Below, piece by piece: positions 37,274 to 46,756 of a stretch of 64,000 bases of DNA. Positions within the stretch are counted from its first letter, which is position 1. Each line of letters begins with the position of its first letter. A program made the translations under genes and the position numbers. Source of the stretch: a virus. Taxonomy: Duplodnaviria > Caudoviricetes. The notes under the pieces are model-generated. The model was not told the DNA's origin. It worked only from the letters and a program-made list of their open reading frames with translations, and did not search any database. The stretch is from the IMG/VR virus record IMGVR_UViG_3300025902_000014, positions 1 to 64,000 of that record. One strand, given 5' to 3'.

Positions 37274-37581
37274 CACGAGGCCCTAGCCCGAGGCGAAGGG
37301 GACAAGTTCTCCCACCCCCGGGTATCTATCTATCCTCGTATTTTTTCGGAGGTAACGACGTTGCGTGTCATCACCCGGGGCGTTCAGCCCGGCGACTACA
37401 TTTACACGGCCACCTGCGAGAACTGCCAGACGACGGTGGAGTTTGCCCGGCGCGAGGCACAGGAGTGTCCCGACTTCCGGGGGCCGCTGATGCTGAAGGT
37501 GAACTGCCCGGTTTGCGCGTGCTCCGTCTACGTGGAAACTGACACGGGGCGGAAACCCACCATCGTCCCGGAGCCTTCCCG

Positions 37582-38082
37582 ATGATCCCCCTCACGAAAG
37601 AAGAAGTGCGCTCCCTGATCGGGGAAGGCTTCCACTCGATGCTTCGCAAGGGGATCGACGGACACGGAAGCGCGGAGCTGTGGAAGTACATCAACGACAT
37701 GCCCGAGGGGGAGTGGCGCGGGATGCTGGACCACTGGATCGTGACCCCCCTCATGCGGGAGATCCAGCGCACGGGTCGGGCGATCCGGCTCCGCTTCCCG
37801 GCTCCGGAGCCCCGGCTCAGGATGATCGTCCTGCGGTACATCAAGGTCCGGCACTTCGAGGTGCTCTGGACGGCCGAGGTCAACCGACTGGACCACGAGT
37901 GGAGGCGGCACACTCCCCGGGAGCGGGAAGACCCCTTGCTCCAGCACATCGTGCATCCCATCCTGATGGCCTGTCGGCACGCAGCCCGGAAGATGCGGCA
38001 GGCCCGGCGGCTGGAGAAGGAACTGCTGACCGCCGTGACCGTCGCCTCGGGGGAGGCCCCCCTTGACCGCTATCGAGTCTGA
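37582..38082 (+). CDS. hypothetical protein
   Basis: ATGA overlap. Confidence 0.6.
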   Translation: MIPLTKEEVRSLIGEGFHSMLRKGIDGHGSAELWKYINDMPEGEWRGMLDHWIVTPLMREIQRTGRAIRLRFPAPEPRLRMIVLRYIKVRHFEVLWTAEVNRLDHEWRRHTPREREDPLLQHIVHPILMACRHAARKMRQARRLEKELLTAVTVASGEAPLDRYRV

Positions 38083-39463
38083 AGCCCATGAGCTGGACTT
38101 CCTGCACTGGATGGTCTTCGGCACCCGGGCCGGGGTGGTGGGGGGTACCCCCATCACCTTCCCGTACCTCGAAAGCCGGATTCCCCATGCCTTCGATGAT
38201 GCCGAGGTGGTCTCCCGGCTGGTCCTGAAGGCTGTCCGGATGGCCGGGCGGCTGACCCCGTGGGCGGCCCGGGGGCTGGTCTGGCTCTGCCGGAACCGTT
38301 CCCGGGACTTCCCGGCGGTCTTCCACTCCACGGTCAACTCGGCCGAGGAGCTGCTGGTCTTCGCCTCGACGTACTCCCGGTCCCACGCGCACTGGGGGAA
38401 GATGGCCAAGGAGCACATCGCCCAGTGGCTGGAGCTGAGGCTGGACGAGGTGGAGGTGGCGGCCCACCGGAAGTACCACCGTCGGCACCGGCACTCCCTC
38501 GCCGACCTCGTCCGGCTGGCCCACCCGACCTTCGGCGGCCGGAAGTCCTCGTCCGTGGACTGGCTCCTCGGCCGGTACACCCCGGGCCAGAACAGCTTCC
38601 TCGACCGGATGAGGTGGCTCTCGGACCCGGCCCTGCCCCGGGAACTCCGGCTGGAAGTCCTCGGGGAGACCCGTGTGCCCTCCCCGTTGGCCGAGATGGC
38701 TGCTGGATCGGACCTCGACCTCTGGCACGCAGCGATTCCGAGCCTGTCGGTGGAGGCCCTCCTCGCGGGCTTTCCCCGGCGAGCCGGGCGGGAAGTGACT
38801 CAGCGGGCCGTGTTGGCCCGGCTGAGGGAGCTGGTCCCGCTCAACGTCCCCCGGCTCCTGCGGGCGGCGTGGAAGGTTCCCCGGGTGCCTGAGACCCTCC
38901 CCTTCCGGGAAGCCCTCGGGCAGCTCCTCTGGGAGGCCGCCAAGGCCATCCCGAGGCCCCCCGGGCGGACCCTCGTCCTCATCGACCGGTCTGCTTCCTG
39001 CCCCCCAGCGTTCTTCCGTGAGGCCCTCGCGGCGGCGGCCTTCGGCCCGTCCCGGCTCTATCTGGTAGACGATGTGGTCGAAGAAGCGTCCGGGCGGCCC
39101 ATGGACCTGCTCCAGAATCTGGGGGCTTTCGCCCCCCGGGGCGGGTCCGGGCTCCACAAGCCCCTCCAGCTCACCCTCGCGTCCCGGGACTTCTACGACC
39201 GGATCGTGGTCTTCGCGAAGGGCTACCCCTTCCTGCTCCCCGAAGTTGGCCCGACCCTCGCGGCTCTGCTGGAACGATACCGGGAGAGCGTCAACCCTCA
39301 CTGCCTCTGGACGTCGGTCGTCCCCGGCCCCCTCGATCGCATTCCCGGACTTCCCACCCACCGGGACCGTCTGGTCTTCGGGGCGGAGTGGGTTCAGCCC
39401 GTCCTGCCTTGGCTCCGGTCGGCGGAAGCCATCCTCTCGGAAAAGGAGAACGTGTCAAAATGA
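38063..39463 (+). CDS. TROVE/Ro60-like protein with degenerate vWA domain
   Basis: KYHRRHRHSLADLVRLAHP (TROVE KYxxRxxxSxxDLxRLxHP); RTLVLIDRSAS (vWA DxSxS); DRIVVF. Confidence 0.75.
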   Translation: MTAIESEAHELDFLHWMVFGTRAGVVGGTPITFPYLESRIPHAFDDAEVVSRLVLKAVRMAGRLTPWAARGLVWLCRNRSRDFPAVFHSTVNSAEELLVFASTYSRSHAHWGKMAKEHIAQWLELRLDEVEVAAHRKYHRRHRHSLADLVRLAHPTFGGRKSSSVDWLLGRYTPGQNSFLDRMRWLSDPALPRELRLEVLGETRVPSPLAEMAAGSDLDLWHAAIPSLSVEALLAGFPRRAGREVTQRAVLARLRELVPLNVPRLLRAAWKVPRVPETLPFREALGQLLWEAAKAIPRPPGRTLVLIDRSASCPPAFFREALAAAAFGPSRLYLVDDVVEEASGRPMDLLQNLGAFAPRGGSGLHKPLQLTLASRDFYDRIVVFAKGYPFLLPEVGPTLAALLERYRESVNPHCLWTSVVPGPLDRIPGLPTHRDRLVFGAEWVQPVLPWLRSAEAILSEKENVSK

Positions 39464-39651
39464 CGTACTTTTTCGTGTTCCTCGCGATCGGCCTCATGGC
39501 CTCGGCCTACTCCATCGGCTGGGTCATGGGGTTCAAGAAGGGGGCTACTCTCATGGAGGTCTCCGTGCTGTCCAAGCTGAAGAAGAATTACGGCGCGAAC
39601 TTCGAGAACTCCGATGGTCCCGGGAGCATCGAGTCCCCGTGACTATCGAGC

Positions 39652-39741
39652 GGAGGGTGTCTTCCTACCCTTGCCGCCGTGCCTCCCGGGGGGACAGGGA
39701 CCGGTCCTCCTCCCGGTCCTGCGGGCAGGGAGACAGCCTCC
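39652..39741 (+). ncRNA. putative small structured RNA (candidate Y-RNA-like partner of TROVE protein)
   Basis: 15-bp terminal stem GGAGGGTGTCTTCCT/AGGGAGACAGCCTCC, inner hairpin GGGACCGG/CCGGTCCT with pyrimidine loop. Confidence 0.55.
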
Positions 39742-39761
39742 TCTTTCGCACCTGTTTGAGC

Positions 39762-39790
39762 TTGACAGTTTGAGCTTGAAGACATACACT
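39762..39790 (+). promoter_or_regulatory. promoter TTGACA-N17-TACACT, leaderless ATG 39797
   Basis: near consensus. Confidence 0.8.
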
Positions 39791-39796
39791 ACAGGC

Positions 39797-40114
39797 ATGA
39801 GAAAGCCCGACCTCTCCAAGGCCCCCCGGTCCTGCAAGCAGGTCACGAAGGCCCTGAACGTCCCGGGAGTGGACTTCTGGTACAACCCCCAGTACGGGTA
39901 CTTCTACCTGAGCGGCGGGAAGGCCGGACAGCTCTTCTCCTCGACGGTCTTCGAGGGCGGGTTCACCCGTCTCGCGGACTACACCCTCGGGGAGTGGGTC
40001 GCCGAGTGCCAGCGGATGCTGGCGGAGGTTCCGGAGCCCGTGGAGTCCGGCGACGGAGCCATCAAGGTCTATCTAGCGGAGAAGACGTTCTTCACGGTCG
40101 AGGTGAAATCGTGA
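39797..40114 (+). CDS. hypothetical early protein
   Basis: leaderless start behind promoter. Confidence 0.7.
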   Translation: MRKPDLSKAPRSCKQVTKALNVPGVDFWYNPQYGYFYLSGGKAGQLFSSTVFEGGFTRLADYTLGEWVAECQRMLAEVPEPVESGDGAIKVYLAEKTFFTVEVKS

Positions 40115-40420
40115 ACCGGTCCCGGACTCTCGGAACTGATAGCCCGGGGGGAGGGAAGGGGCAACCCTTGCAGGGGTCGGGCACGTTCTCGGGCCGCCGG
40201 AACTTTTTCCTCACGATACGAGACATGGCTCTCGGCTACATGCTCGGGAAGCCGAACGTGGCGGCGGCCTACAGCTCCTCGAAGTGCGTCTGCGGGAGAA
40301 ACTCCTTCAGACCGTTCGAGTTCGGCACCCAGAAGATCCTCGTCTGCACGAGGTGTGGACTCATGTTCATGGACAAGTTCAAGAACAGCGACCCCGTGCC
40401 GGGGTAAGAAAGGATGCGTC

Positions 40421-40708
40421 GTGGAAAAGAAGGAAGCTCTCCGTCGGCACTCGAAGAAGAGGATGCGCGAGCGGTTCGGAATCGCGGGGAACCACCGTGA
40501 CTATGCTCGGATCGTCGAGGCCATCAGAACCCAGACAGCGAAGTTTATCGGCCGGGCGTCTCACCGGGTGTCAGTCTTCATGGTGGATTCCCAGACCGGG
40601 CCGATGAAGGTGCTGTACGACGGACGCCGGGGTGAGGTCATCACGGTGCTGACTCCGGACATGCACGTCACCGTCCGTCCAACCCGGAACGCGGAGGTGT
40701 CGGAATGA
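40421..40708 (+). CDS. small basic protein, HxxxRxxER motif (possible BECR-fold RNase-like)
   Basis: RHSKKRMRERFGI...VLYD...VITVL. Confidence 0.5.
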   Translation: MEKKEALRRHSKKRMRERFGIAGNHRDYARIVEAIRTQTAKFIGRASHRVSVFMVDSQTGPMKVLYDGRRGEVITVLTPDMHVTVRPTRNAEVSE

Positions 40709-41052
40709 CCATCGTCGAGAAGTTCTCTCCCACGGTCGTGGAGGTGCTCGGGGTTCGGGCGGCCCGTTTCCTCGGATTCCTGAAGCCGTGTCTCCCGGTG
40801 CGCTCGATGTCGGAGCTGTCGTCCCTCGGGTACGACGAGGCGGCACAGCTCGCGAATTCCTTCTCGGTCCACCTCATGGACGCGGCGGTCTGCATCGAGG
40901 ACCACGTCTTCAGCTCGACTAGGAATTCCACCTGCCCGAGGTGCGGGACGGCAGTCTGGTCCCACCTGACGGATCTGAAGGTCTACCCGGTCAACCCGTC
41001 CGAGCTGTGGGACGAGGAGAAGAGGCTCCGTCGTGATTCTGCTTCCTCCTGA
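40705..41052 (+). CDS. hypothetical protein with C-terminal zinc ribbon
   Basis: ATGA overlap, GGAGG RBS. Confidence 0.6.
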   Translation: MTIVEKFSPTVVEVLGVRAARFLGFLKPCLPVRSMSELSSLGYDEAAQLANSFSVHLMDAAVCIEDHVFSSTRNSTCPRCGTAVWSHLTDLKVYPVNPSELWDEEKRLRRDSASS

Positions 41053-41614
41053 ACTTCCGAAGTTCAAGGGTTCGGTGCAGGTCTACGACTCCGGGCTGCG
41101 GGAGTTCGAGGAGATCGCTCGGAAAGAGCCGTTCACCATCCTCTACTTGGAGGGGTACATCGGGTCGCCGATCATCTCGCTGGTCCTGCGCGGCCCGGTG
41201 ACGATCACGGCGTACTGCGGGGTGCCCCCGGACATGCTGTTGGCGGAGAGGTTCTCCGCCCCCTACGACGAGCTGAACAACTACATCGAGTCGGCCCACG
41301 GGGGTCTGACGTTCTCGGGCAAGCACGAGCTGGCCTTGGTGGAGTTCGCCCCGTTCATGAACTACCACTTCTGGGGCTGGGACTACGGGCACGCAGGGGA
41401 CGCCACGATGTTGCGGTTTGATCTGGCCGACATGGCTAACCCCAAGCTGGCCTTCCTGTCTCACGGGAAGAAGTGGACCCTTCCGGAAGTGCTTTCGGAG
41501 ACTCGGGAGGTGGCCATCGAGCTACACTCTTACGTCATGGGGGTCGAAGAGCTGGCGACGGATTCCCGGCACCGTCACCCCGGGATGCTCCCGAAGCTGG
41601 GAGGTGGCAGGTGA
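41033..41614 (+). CDS. phage protein with HGGLTF...WxGxDxxH motif
   Basis: motif recognisable in many phage hypotheticals. Confidence 0.7.
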   Translation: MILLPPELPKFKGSVQVYDSGLREFEEIARKEPFTILYLEGYIGSPIISLVLRGPVTITAYCGVPPDMLLAERFSAPYDELNNYIESAHGGLTFSGKHELALVEFAPFMNYHFWGWDYGHAGDATMLRFDLADMANPKLAFLSHGKKWTLPEVLSETREVAIELHSYVMGVEELATDSRHRHPGMLPKLGGGR

Positions 41615-42189
41615 TTCACGATCCGTTGGACGACCTGATCCGCAGAGACGACCTGATCCGCAGAAGCGCAGCGTGGGGGACGAAGAAGGTCGGGGAGGAG
41701 TTCGACCGGGCACGGGACATCGTGCTCGGGAAGATCCCGCCCTCGCGTCCGACCGACCCGGAGAAGCACATGCGCGATTCCGTGGTGGCCATGATGGCTG
41801 CCATTGGATCGGCCAAGCCCCCCGACCTCTCCTCGGCCCGGATCAAGGATCTCAAGGCGAAGGTTCGCAAGGTCATCTCCGGGGCGGAGAAGGAACTTCC
41901 GGCCGAGCCGGAGGACTCTCCTGCCTTGAAGGTGGCCCGGGAGCTGAGGAAGAAGCTGGCCAAGAGTGCCCCGCCCTCTCGGCCCTCTGCCGGGCGCATC
42001 CTCGCTGGGGCGGAAGACGAGCCTCTGGGTGGACGTCCGCAGGTTCGGTCCCGGGCGCGGGACAAGGCGGAGGCGGCGGCCGAGGCCCGGATCTCCGAGG
42101 AGTTCACCGTGTCCGAGCAGCTCGGACCGCTCCGGAATTCCCTCTACAACGAGAGGTATCTTCGGGTGGAGATGCCTGTTGACTCCTGA
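41611..42189 (+). CDS. hypothetical protein
   Basis: GTGA overlap, GGAGG RBS. Confidence 0.6.
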   Translation: MIHDPLDDLIRRDDLIRRSAAWGTKKVGEEFDRARDIVLGKIPPSRPTDPEKHMRDSVVAMMAAIGSAKPPDLSSARIKDLKAKVRKVISGAEKELPAEPEDSPALKVARELRKKLAKSAPPSRPSAGRILAGAEDEPLGGRPQVRSRARDKAEAAAEARISEEFTVSEQLGPLRNSLYNERYLRVEMPVDS

Positions 42190-42664
42190 CCCGCAGCACC
42201 GCACGACCCTCGTTCTGGCCCGGGATTTCGGTGTCTCGTATTTCGTCGAGACTCCGTTTCTTCATGTTCATTACTGCTTCTTGGATTCGGAAGCTGAGGC
42301 TGTTGGGTACACGGCCCACGAGTTCTGCTGTCACCTCTGCGGGAAGTCCCTTCTCGTGTTTGCGGACTTCCGGAAGCTGGAGGACTCGGACGAGTTCGGG
42401 GTGTCGCATGAAGACCAGATCCAGATGAGCTGGCTCTTCACCCGATTCTCCCGGGAGCATCAGCCTTGTCACATGACAGGCCCCCCGGGGCAGAGCCAGA
42501 TGTACCGGGAGGTGTTCGAGGCCGCTCTGGACGCTGGAGACGACGACGTCTTCTGTTCTGAGACCCGAACCCAGAAGGCCACCCGCGATCTTCGGACGGT
42601 GGAGGTTCTCCCACAGTAGATTCATACAGGATCTTCCTCCGCCACTATCGGGGGGAGGCTCTGC

Positions 42665-43639
42665 ATGAACACGGACTGGTTCAGCATCGTTCCGGAGAGC
42701 TACATGGATTCGCAGGGCGATCCGCAGGTGACTCCGTCTCTGCCTGCGCTCTCGGACTTCCGGCTGACGTGGTACGCCCCGGATCTTCCTGCCGTCGCGG
42801 CTCCTGTTCCGGTCCCGGCTGACGACCTCGTTCTGGAGTACGCCTCGGAAGCCATCAAGGCGTTCCGGGGGGACGATCCCGGGGACACCATCGTTCGGTT
42901 CCGGGGACTTCCGTTCTCCGCCACTCGGATGCTCCTACTGGTGGAGTGGGAGGTGGACAACGCCACCCCCCTCATCCCCCTGATCTCCGGGGCGACCGTC
43001 GGCGGGCAGTCGGAAGAGGTGAACGTCCTGTACGGGCTCCTCGCGGCCACCCCGGGCCTGACCCCGGTCCACTTCGACTTCCGGGAGGCTGGGTCGGGTG
43101 ACCCGGTCGGCGGGGTCGAGATCACCGTCTGGGACGACACCCTCGACGTTCCCCTCATCCCCCTCCTGCGGACGACGGTCGGCGGCCGGGCCACCTGTGG
43201 GCTTCCCCCGGGGGCGTACAAGGTTTTCGCCTACAAGCCCTACTCGTCCTTCACGGATGAGTTCCCGGTGCCCCTGACGGTCGGGGCGGACGTGGTCACC
43301 CTGTCCATGACCCTCTCTCAGGCCCGCCCGGCCCTCCCGGTGGTTCCGAAGGTGACGGTCTTCGGCTGGGTGCTCCGGCCCGACTTCGTTCCCGTTCCGG
43401 AGGCGGAGGTCAAGCTCCGACTTCTCAACACCCCCCAGATGTCCAACGGGGGAGGCGGCCTCACCCGGTTCGAGATCACGGCGTTCACGGACGCCGAGGG
43501 GCGCTTCGAGCTGTACCCCATCGGGGGCATCACGGCTCTCCTGACGTGTGAGGCGACGGGGTACTCCCGGAAGGGTGCTCTCCCCCTCAGCGGTTCCCTG
43601 AACTGGAAAGATTTCGCGAAGGAAACGATCGGAGCATAG
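42665..43639 (+). CDS. putative virion protein with Ig/carboxypeptidase-regulatory-like beta domains
   Basis: PVGGVEITV...TTxxGRA...LPPGAYKV and PVPEAEV...TDAEGRF repeats. Confidence 0.6.
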   Translation: MNTDWFSIVPESYMDSQGDPQVTPSLPALSDFRLTWYAPDLPAVAAPVPVPADDLVLEYASEAIKAFRGDDPGDTIVRFRGLPFSATRMLLLVEWEVDNATPLIPLISGATVGGQSEEVNVLYGLLAATPGLTPVHFDFREAGSGDPVGGVEITVWDDTLDVPLIPLLRTTVGGRATCGLPPGAYKVFAYKPYSSFTDEFPVPLTVGADVVTLSMTLSQARPALPVVPKVTVFGWVLRPDFVPVPEAEVKLRLLNTPQMSNGGGGLTRFEITAFTDAEGRFELYPIGGITALLTCEATGYSRKGALPLSGSLNWKDFAKETIGA

Positions 43640-43640
43640 G

Positions 43641-44015
43641 ATGAAGCATTTCGCAGATCAGTTGTTCGAGTCTCTGGACGAGGGGGTGGACCCCAAGTTC
43701 AAGTCCGATCTGGAAAACCTCAAGAGGTACTTGGTCGGGATGGTCGGACAGTTCCACGTTTCGGACTTCGCGGGAGAGTTCAAGCGTATGGGAGACGACG
43801 CTCATGCGTGCCTCGTCATGGCCGAGAAGCTCGAAAAGCATCCCGGGCGACTGCTTCCCGGCGACATCGTGGGGGGCGTGCAGGAGAAGGTCCACGTGGC
43901 GGCGGCGACGTACGTCAAGCTCGGGGCCGAGATTCGCGAAGTGGACGCGCTCCTTCAGAAGATGAAGGCCAACCTCGCGAAGGCGGTCAACCGGCAGGAG
44001 ACCACGGAGTCATGA
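43641..44015 (+). CDS. leader-bearing small protein (MKHFADQLFESLDE)
   Basis: variant of shared N-terminal leader. Confidence 0.7.
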   Translation: MKHFADQLFESLDEGVDPKFKSDLENLKRYLVGMVGQFHVSDFAGEFKRMGDDAHACLVMAEKLEKHPGRLLPGDIVGGVQEKVHVAAATYVKLGAEIREVDALLQKMKANLAKAVNRQETTES

Positions 44016-44722
44016 AGTTCACCGAGGCTGAGCAGTTCCGCATCCAGTGCATCGTGGAGTCCCTCTTCGTCGAGGGGGTCTTCGACCCGGCGATCTTCAA
44101 GGCGTTCTTCATGGCCGGAGGTCCGGGGTCTGGGAAGTCCTTCGTTTCCCGGGCGGTCACGGGCGGCCATGGCCTCGTGACCGTCAACTCCGACACGGCG
44201 TTCGAGATCCTCCTCAAGAAGGCTGGGATGTCCCTGAAGCTCGACACCCTTGACCCGGCGGAGTACGGGGCCGTCCGGGCGCACGCAGGGGATCTGACGA
44301 AGGTGCGGCAGCATCACTGGGTCAACGAGCGGCTGGGAATGGTCATCGACGGAACGGGGCGGGAAGCCTCGAAGATCGAGCATCAGAAGCACGCTCTCGA
44401 ACAGCTCGGGTACGACACGTACATGATCTTTGTGAACACCTCGCTGGAGGTGGCCCTCTCCCGGAACGCGCAGCGGGATCGCACTGTCCCGGAGCACGTC
44501 GTCCGGGAAGCGTGGCAGCACGTGCAGGACAACATCCCGGCTTTCCGGTCCATGTTCGGTGGGCACTTCTACGTAGTCGAGAACAACGGTCCCAATCAGG
44601 ATCTTCTCGACCTCGCGTCGAAGTGGGTCCGCTCGCTCGTGAACACCCCGCCCCAGAACCCCATCGCCAAGAAGTGGATCGCCGACCGGGGAGGCACCGG
44701 GGCCATCGCCAAGTGGAGCTAG
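44012..44722 (+). CDS. P-loop kinase (zeta-toxin/AAA_33-like) with N-terminal leader
   Basis: IVESLFVE|GVFDPAIFKAFFMAGGPGSGKS, VNSD, VIDGTG, ALSRNAQRDR. Confidence 0.85.
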   Translation: MKFTEAEQFRIQCIVESLFVEGVFDPAIFKAFFMAGGPGSGKSFVSRAVTGGHGLVTVNSDTAFEILLKKAGMSLKLDTLDPAEYGAVRAHAGDLTKVRQHHWVNERLGMVIDGTGREASKIEHQKHALEQLGYDTYMIFVNTSLEVALSRNAQRDRTVPEHVVREAWQHVQDNIPAFRSMFGGHFYVVENNGPNQDLLDLASKWVRSLVNTPPQNPIAKKWIADRGGTGAIAKWS

Positions 44723-44730
44723 GAGGAGAG

Positions 44731-44916
44731 ATGCCGTACGAAGTCCTGACCGTGTACCTCGACCTGTTCACCCGCGAGGGCTGCCTCGAATTCAAGCGGC
44801 TCTGCGAGGTCGAGGGTTGGCGGCTCCTGTGGCAGGAGCAGGTTCTGAGGAACGACGGGAAGACGGACTTCTCGTCCCACCTCGTCCACTTCCACCGTGG
44901 CGGAGAAGTGAAATGA
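44731..44916 (+). CDS. hypothetical protein
   Basis: AGGAGGAG RBS. Confidence 0.55.
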   Translation: MPYEVLTVYLDLFTREGCLEFKRLCEVEGWRLLWQEQVLRNDGKTDFSSHLVHFHRGGEVK

Positions 44917-45158
44917 AGATCACGACGAAGCTCGTCGAGTCCATCGTGGAGTTCGACCTGCCCGCTTTGACCCCCAAGCAGGAGCTGGAGAACCGGGTCC
45001 GGGACATCTTCCACATTCATCGCGGGGAGATGACGGATCAGGACGTCAAGTGGCAGCTCAAGACGAAGGCCATGCGCGACGTTCTCGCGGCGCTGGTCAA
45101 GGACAAGATCGTGCTCAAGCGCGGGGGCAAGTACGTGTGGCCCGACATGCGGCACTGA
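44913..45158 (+). CDS. leader-bearing small protein (MKITTKLVESIVE), winged-helix-like body
   Basis: shared leader; ATGA overlap. Confidence 0.75.
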   Translation: MKITTKLVESIVEFDLPALTPKQELENRVRDIFHIHRGEMTDQDVKWQLKTKAMRDVLAALVKDKIVLKRGGKYVWPDMRH

Positions 45159-45168
45159 CATTTCTAGC

Positions 45169-45196
45169 TTGACAGTTTGAGACTTTCTGATAGAGT
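45169..45196 (+). promoter_or_regulatory. promoter TTGACA-N16-TAGAGT, leaderless ATG 45203
   Basis: ATG 6 nt after -10. Confidence 0.65.
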
Positions 45197-45202
45197 AGAG
45201 CC

Positions 45203-45511
45203 ATGAGAGTGAAGACGAACCTGACCGAGAAGTTCCTCCCCGATCGCGGGGATCTCCACCCCATCGTTCACTCGAACGGGTCGGGCAAGGCGAACCTTCT
45301 CGCGTGGGCTGAGCACTGCGAGAGTGCTCTGGCGGACGCTCTCACGGCCCTGCACTACGCCGGGGCTCCCCACCAGCGTGACTACTACATCGAAGGCCCC
45401 GAGGCATGGAACAAGGCCAAGAAGGGGTTCGAGGACCGGGTCAAGGCTGTCGCCGAGGTCCACGACTTCTACAGGGATCTGATCGACTACCTGCACACGG
45501 TGAAAGGTTGA
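45203..45511 (+). CDS. leader-bearing small protein (MRVKTNLTE)
   Basis: shortened shared leader. Confidence 0.75.
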   Translation: MRVKTNLTEKFLPDRGDLHPIVHSNGSGKANLLAWAEHCESALADALTALHYAGAPHQRDYYIEGPEAWNKAKKGFEDRVKAVAEVHDFYRDLIDYLHTVKG

Positions 45512-45513
45512 CC

Positions 45514-45828
45514 ATGAAAATCAGGACGAACCTGACCGAGGCCCTCGTTGAGGGGCGCGATCTTCCAATCCGATACACCGTCAACCTGACCGCTCCGGGG
45601 ATGCACTACACCCCGATGCAGTGGCGGACTCGGCCGCAGGGACAGATCCCGTCCTACGGTGCGCCGACTAACGCCAACCTCGCAAAGTTCATGGCCAAGT
45701 TCCTCGAAACCATGAAGCCGGGTGGTCACAGCGCTCATCTGGGGGATAAGGGTATTCCTACCCGTGCGACCATCATGGACCACGACACGGGGCAGGTCGT
45801 CGCTTCGTGGATAAATCCGGAGCACTAA
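45514..45828 (+). CDS. leader-bearing small protein (MKIRTNLTEALVE)
   Basis: shared leader. Confidence 0.8.
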   Translation: MKIRTNLTEALVEGRDLPIRYTVNLTAPGMHYTPMQWRTRPQGQIPSYGAPTNANLAKFMAKFLETMKPGGHSAHLGDKGIPTRATIMDHDTGQVVASWINPEH

Positions 45829-45829
45829 G

Positions 45830-46096
45830 ATGAAGGTCAAGACACGTCTCACCGAGGCGCTCACCGAGAGCAACCCGAACGACATGTTCGCCGGGCTCAG
45901 CAAGCCCTTCAAGGGGCTCAAGGCCGGGGACACGGTGTACTTCAAGCAGTACGCCGGGATGGGCCGGGGTGGCCCCGAGTACAGGACCGCCAAGGGCAAG
46001 GTGCTGAAGTACCTCGTCTTCCCCGACCACGTCATGGTCTCGGGGGGCTGGGCGGGTCAGCTCGTCAACGACGAGAACTTCATCAAGAAGGGCTGA
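45830..46096 (+). CDS. leader-bearing small protein (MKVKTRLTEALTE), SH3-like body
   Basis: shared leader. Confidence 0.8.
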   Translation: MKVKTRLTEALTESNPNDMFAGLSKPFKGLKAGDTVYFKQYAGMGRGGPEYRTAKGKVLKYLVFPDHVMVSGGWAGQLVNDENFIKKG

Positions 46097-46098
46097 AC

Positions 46099-46434
46099 AT
46101 GAAGGTCACCACCCAGCTCGCCGAATCTCTCACCGAGGCCGAGGGAAAAGAGGTCTTCCCGCACACCTTGGTCCAGCCGATCGCCCAGCGTCTGGCATCG
46201 GCCGCGCCCCTCCCCGGCCAGCGGAACACGGCCGTGATGCCGCTCGTGGGGATGCTCAAGCCCGGCGGACAGTGGTACCGGGACATCCCGTGGACCGTGA
46301 TCGAGGGTGTGGCGAAGAAGCTGGCCATGAAGGAGTACGCCGGGCCGGGGCAGAGCGTGTCCCTCGCTTTGGCGCTGGCGCGGATCTCCATGATCTGGCA
46401 GGACGTCTACCACAAGTGGCAGAGCGGGGCGTAG
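46099..46434 (+). CDS. leader-bearing small protein (MKVTTQLAESLTE)
   Basis: shared leader. Confidence 0.8.
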   Translation: MKVTTQLAESLTEAEGKEVFPHTLVQPIAQRLASAAPLPGQRNTAVMPLVGMLKPGGQWYRDIPWTVIEGVAKKLAMKEYAGPGQSVSLALALARISMIWQDVYHKWQSGA

Positions 46435-46444
46435 GAGGCCGGTG

Positions 46445-46756
46445 ATGCGCGTCTCGACCCGCCTGACTGAAACCCTCGTCGAGGCCGCCCCGATCGGGGG
46501 GAGCTTCCCGTCCCGGGTGCTCCACGACACGGAGCCCCTCGGGGGCAAGTACGTGCTGTTGGTTCTCTGGGACAAGGGCGACAAGGGAGCCTACGTCTTC
46601 GGCGGGCCGGACATGATGGCCCACGCCGGGGGCAACGCACGCGCCGGGAACGCCCGGTCGATCGCCTACACGAAGAAGCTCCCGAAGCAGACCGTCGGGG
46701 AGTTCAAGGCCAAGCTCGCCGGATCGAAGTACGCCGGAGCGGAGGTTCACGCATGA
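46445..46756 (+). CDS. leader-bearing small protein (MRVSTRLTETLVE)
   Basis: shared leader; AGGAGG RBS. Confidence 0.8.
   Translation: MRVSTRLTETLVEAAPIGGSFPSRVLHDTEPLGGKYVLLVLWDKGDKGAYVFGGPDMMAHAGGNARAGNARSIAYTKKLPKQTVGEFKAKLAGSKYAGAEVHA

Noticed and set aside
40705-41052. Possible third MCP fragment (EKFSPTVVEV...LPVRSMSELSSL vs EKFVFPMIRAV...VSVQPMEAPTSL)
   Set aside because: Similarity too weak and gapped to support by eye; worth one HMM test
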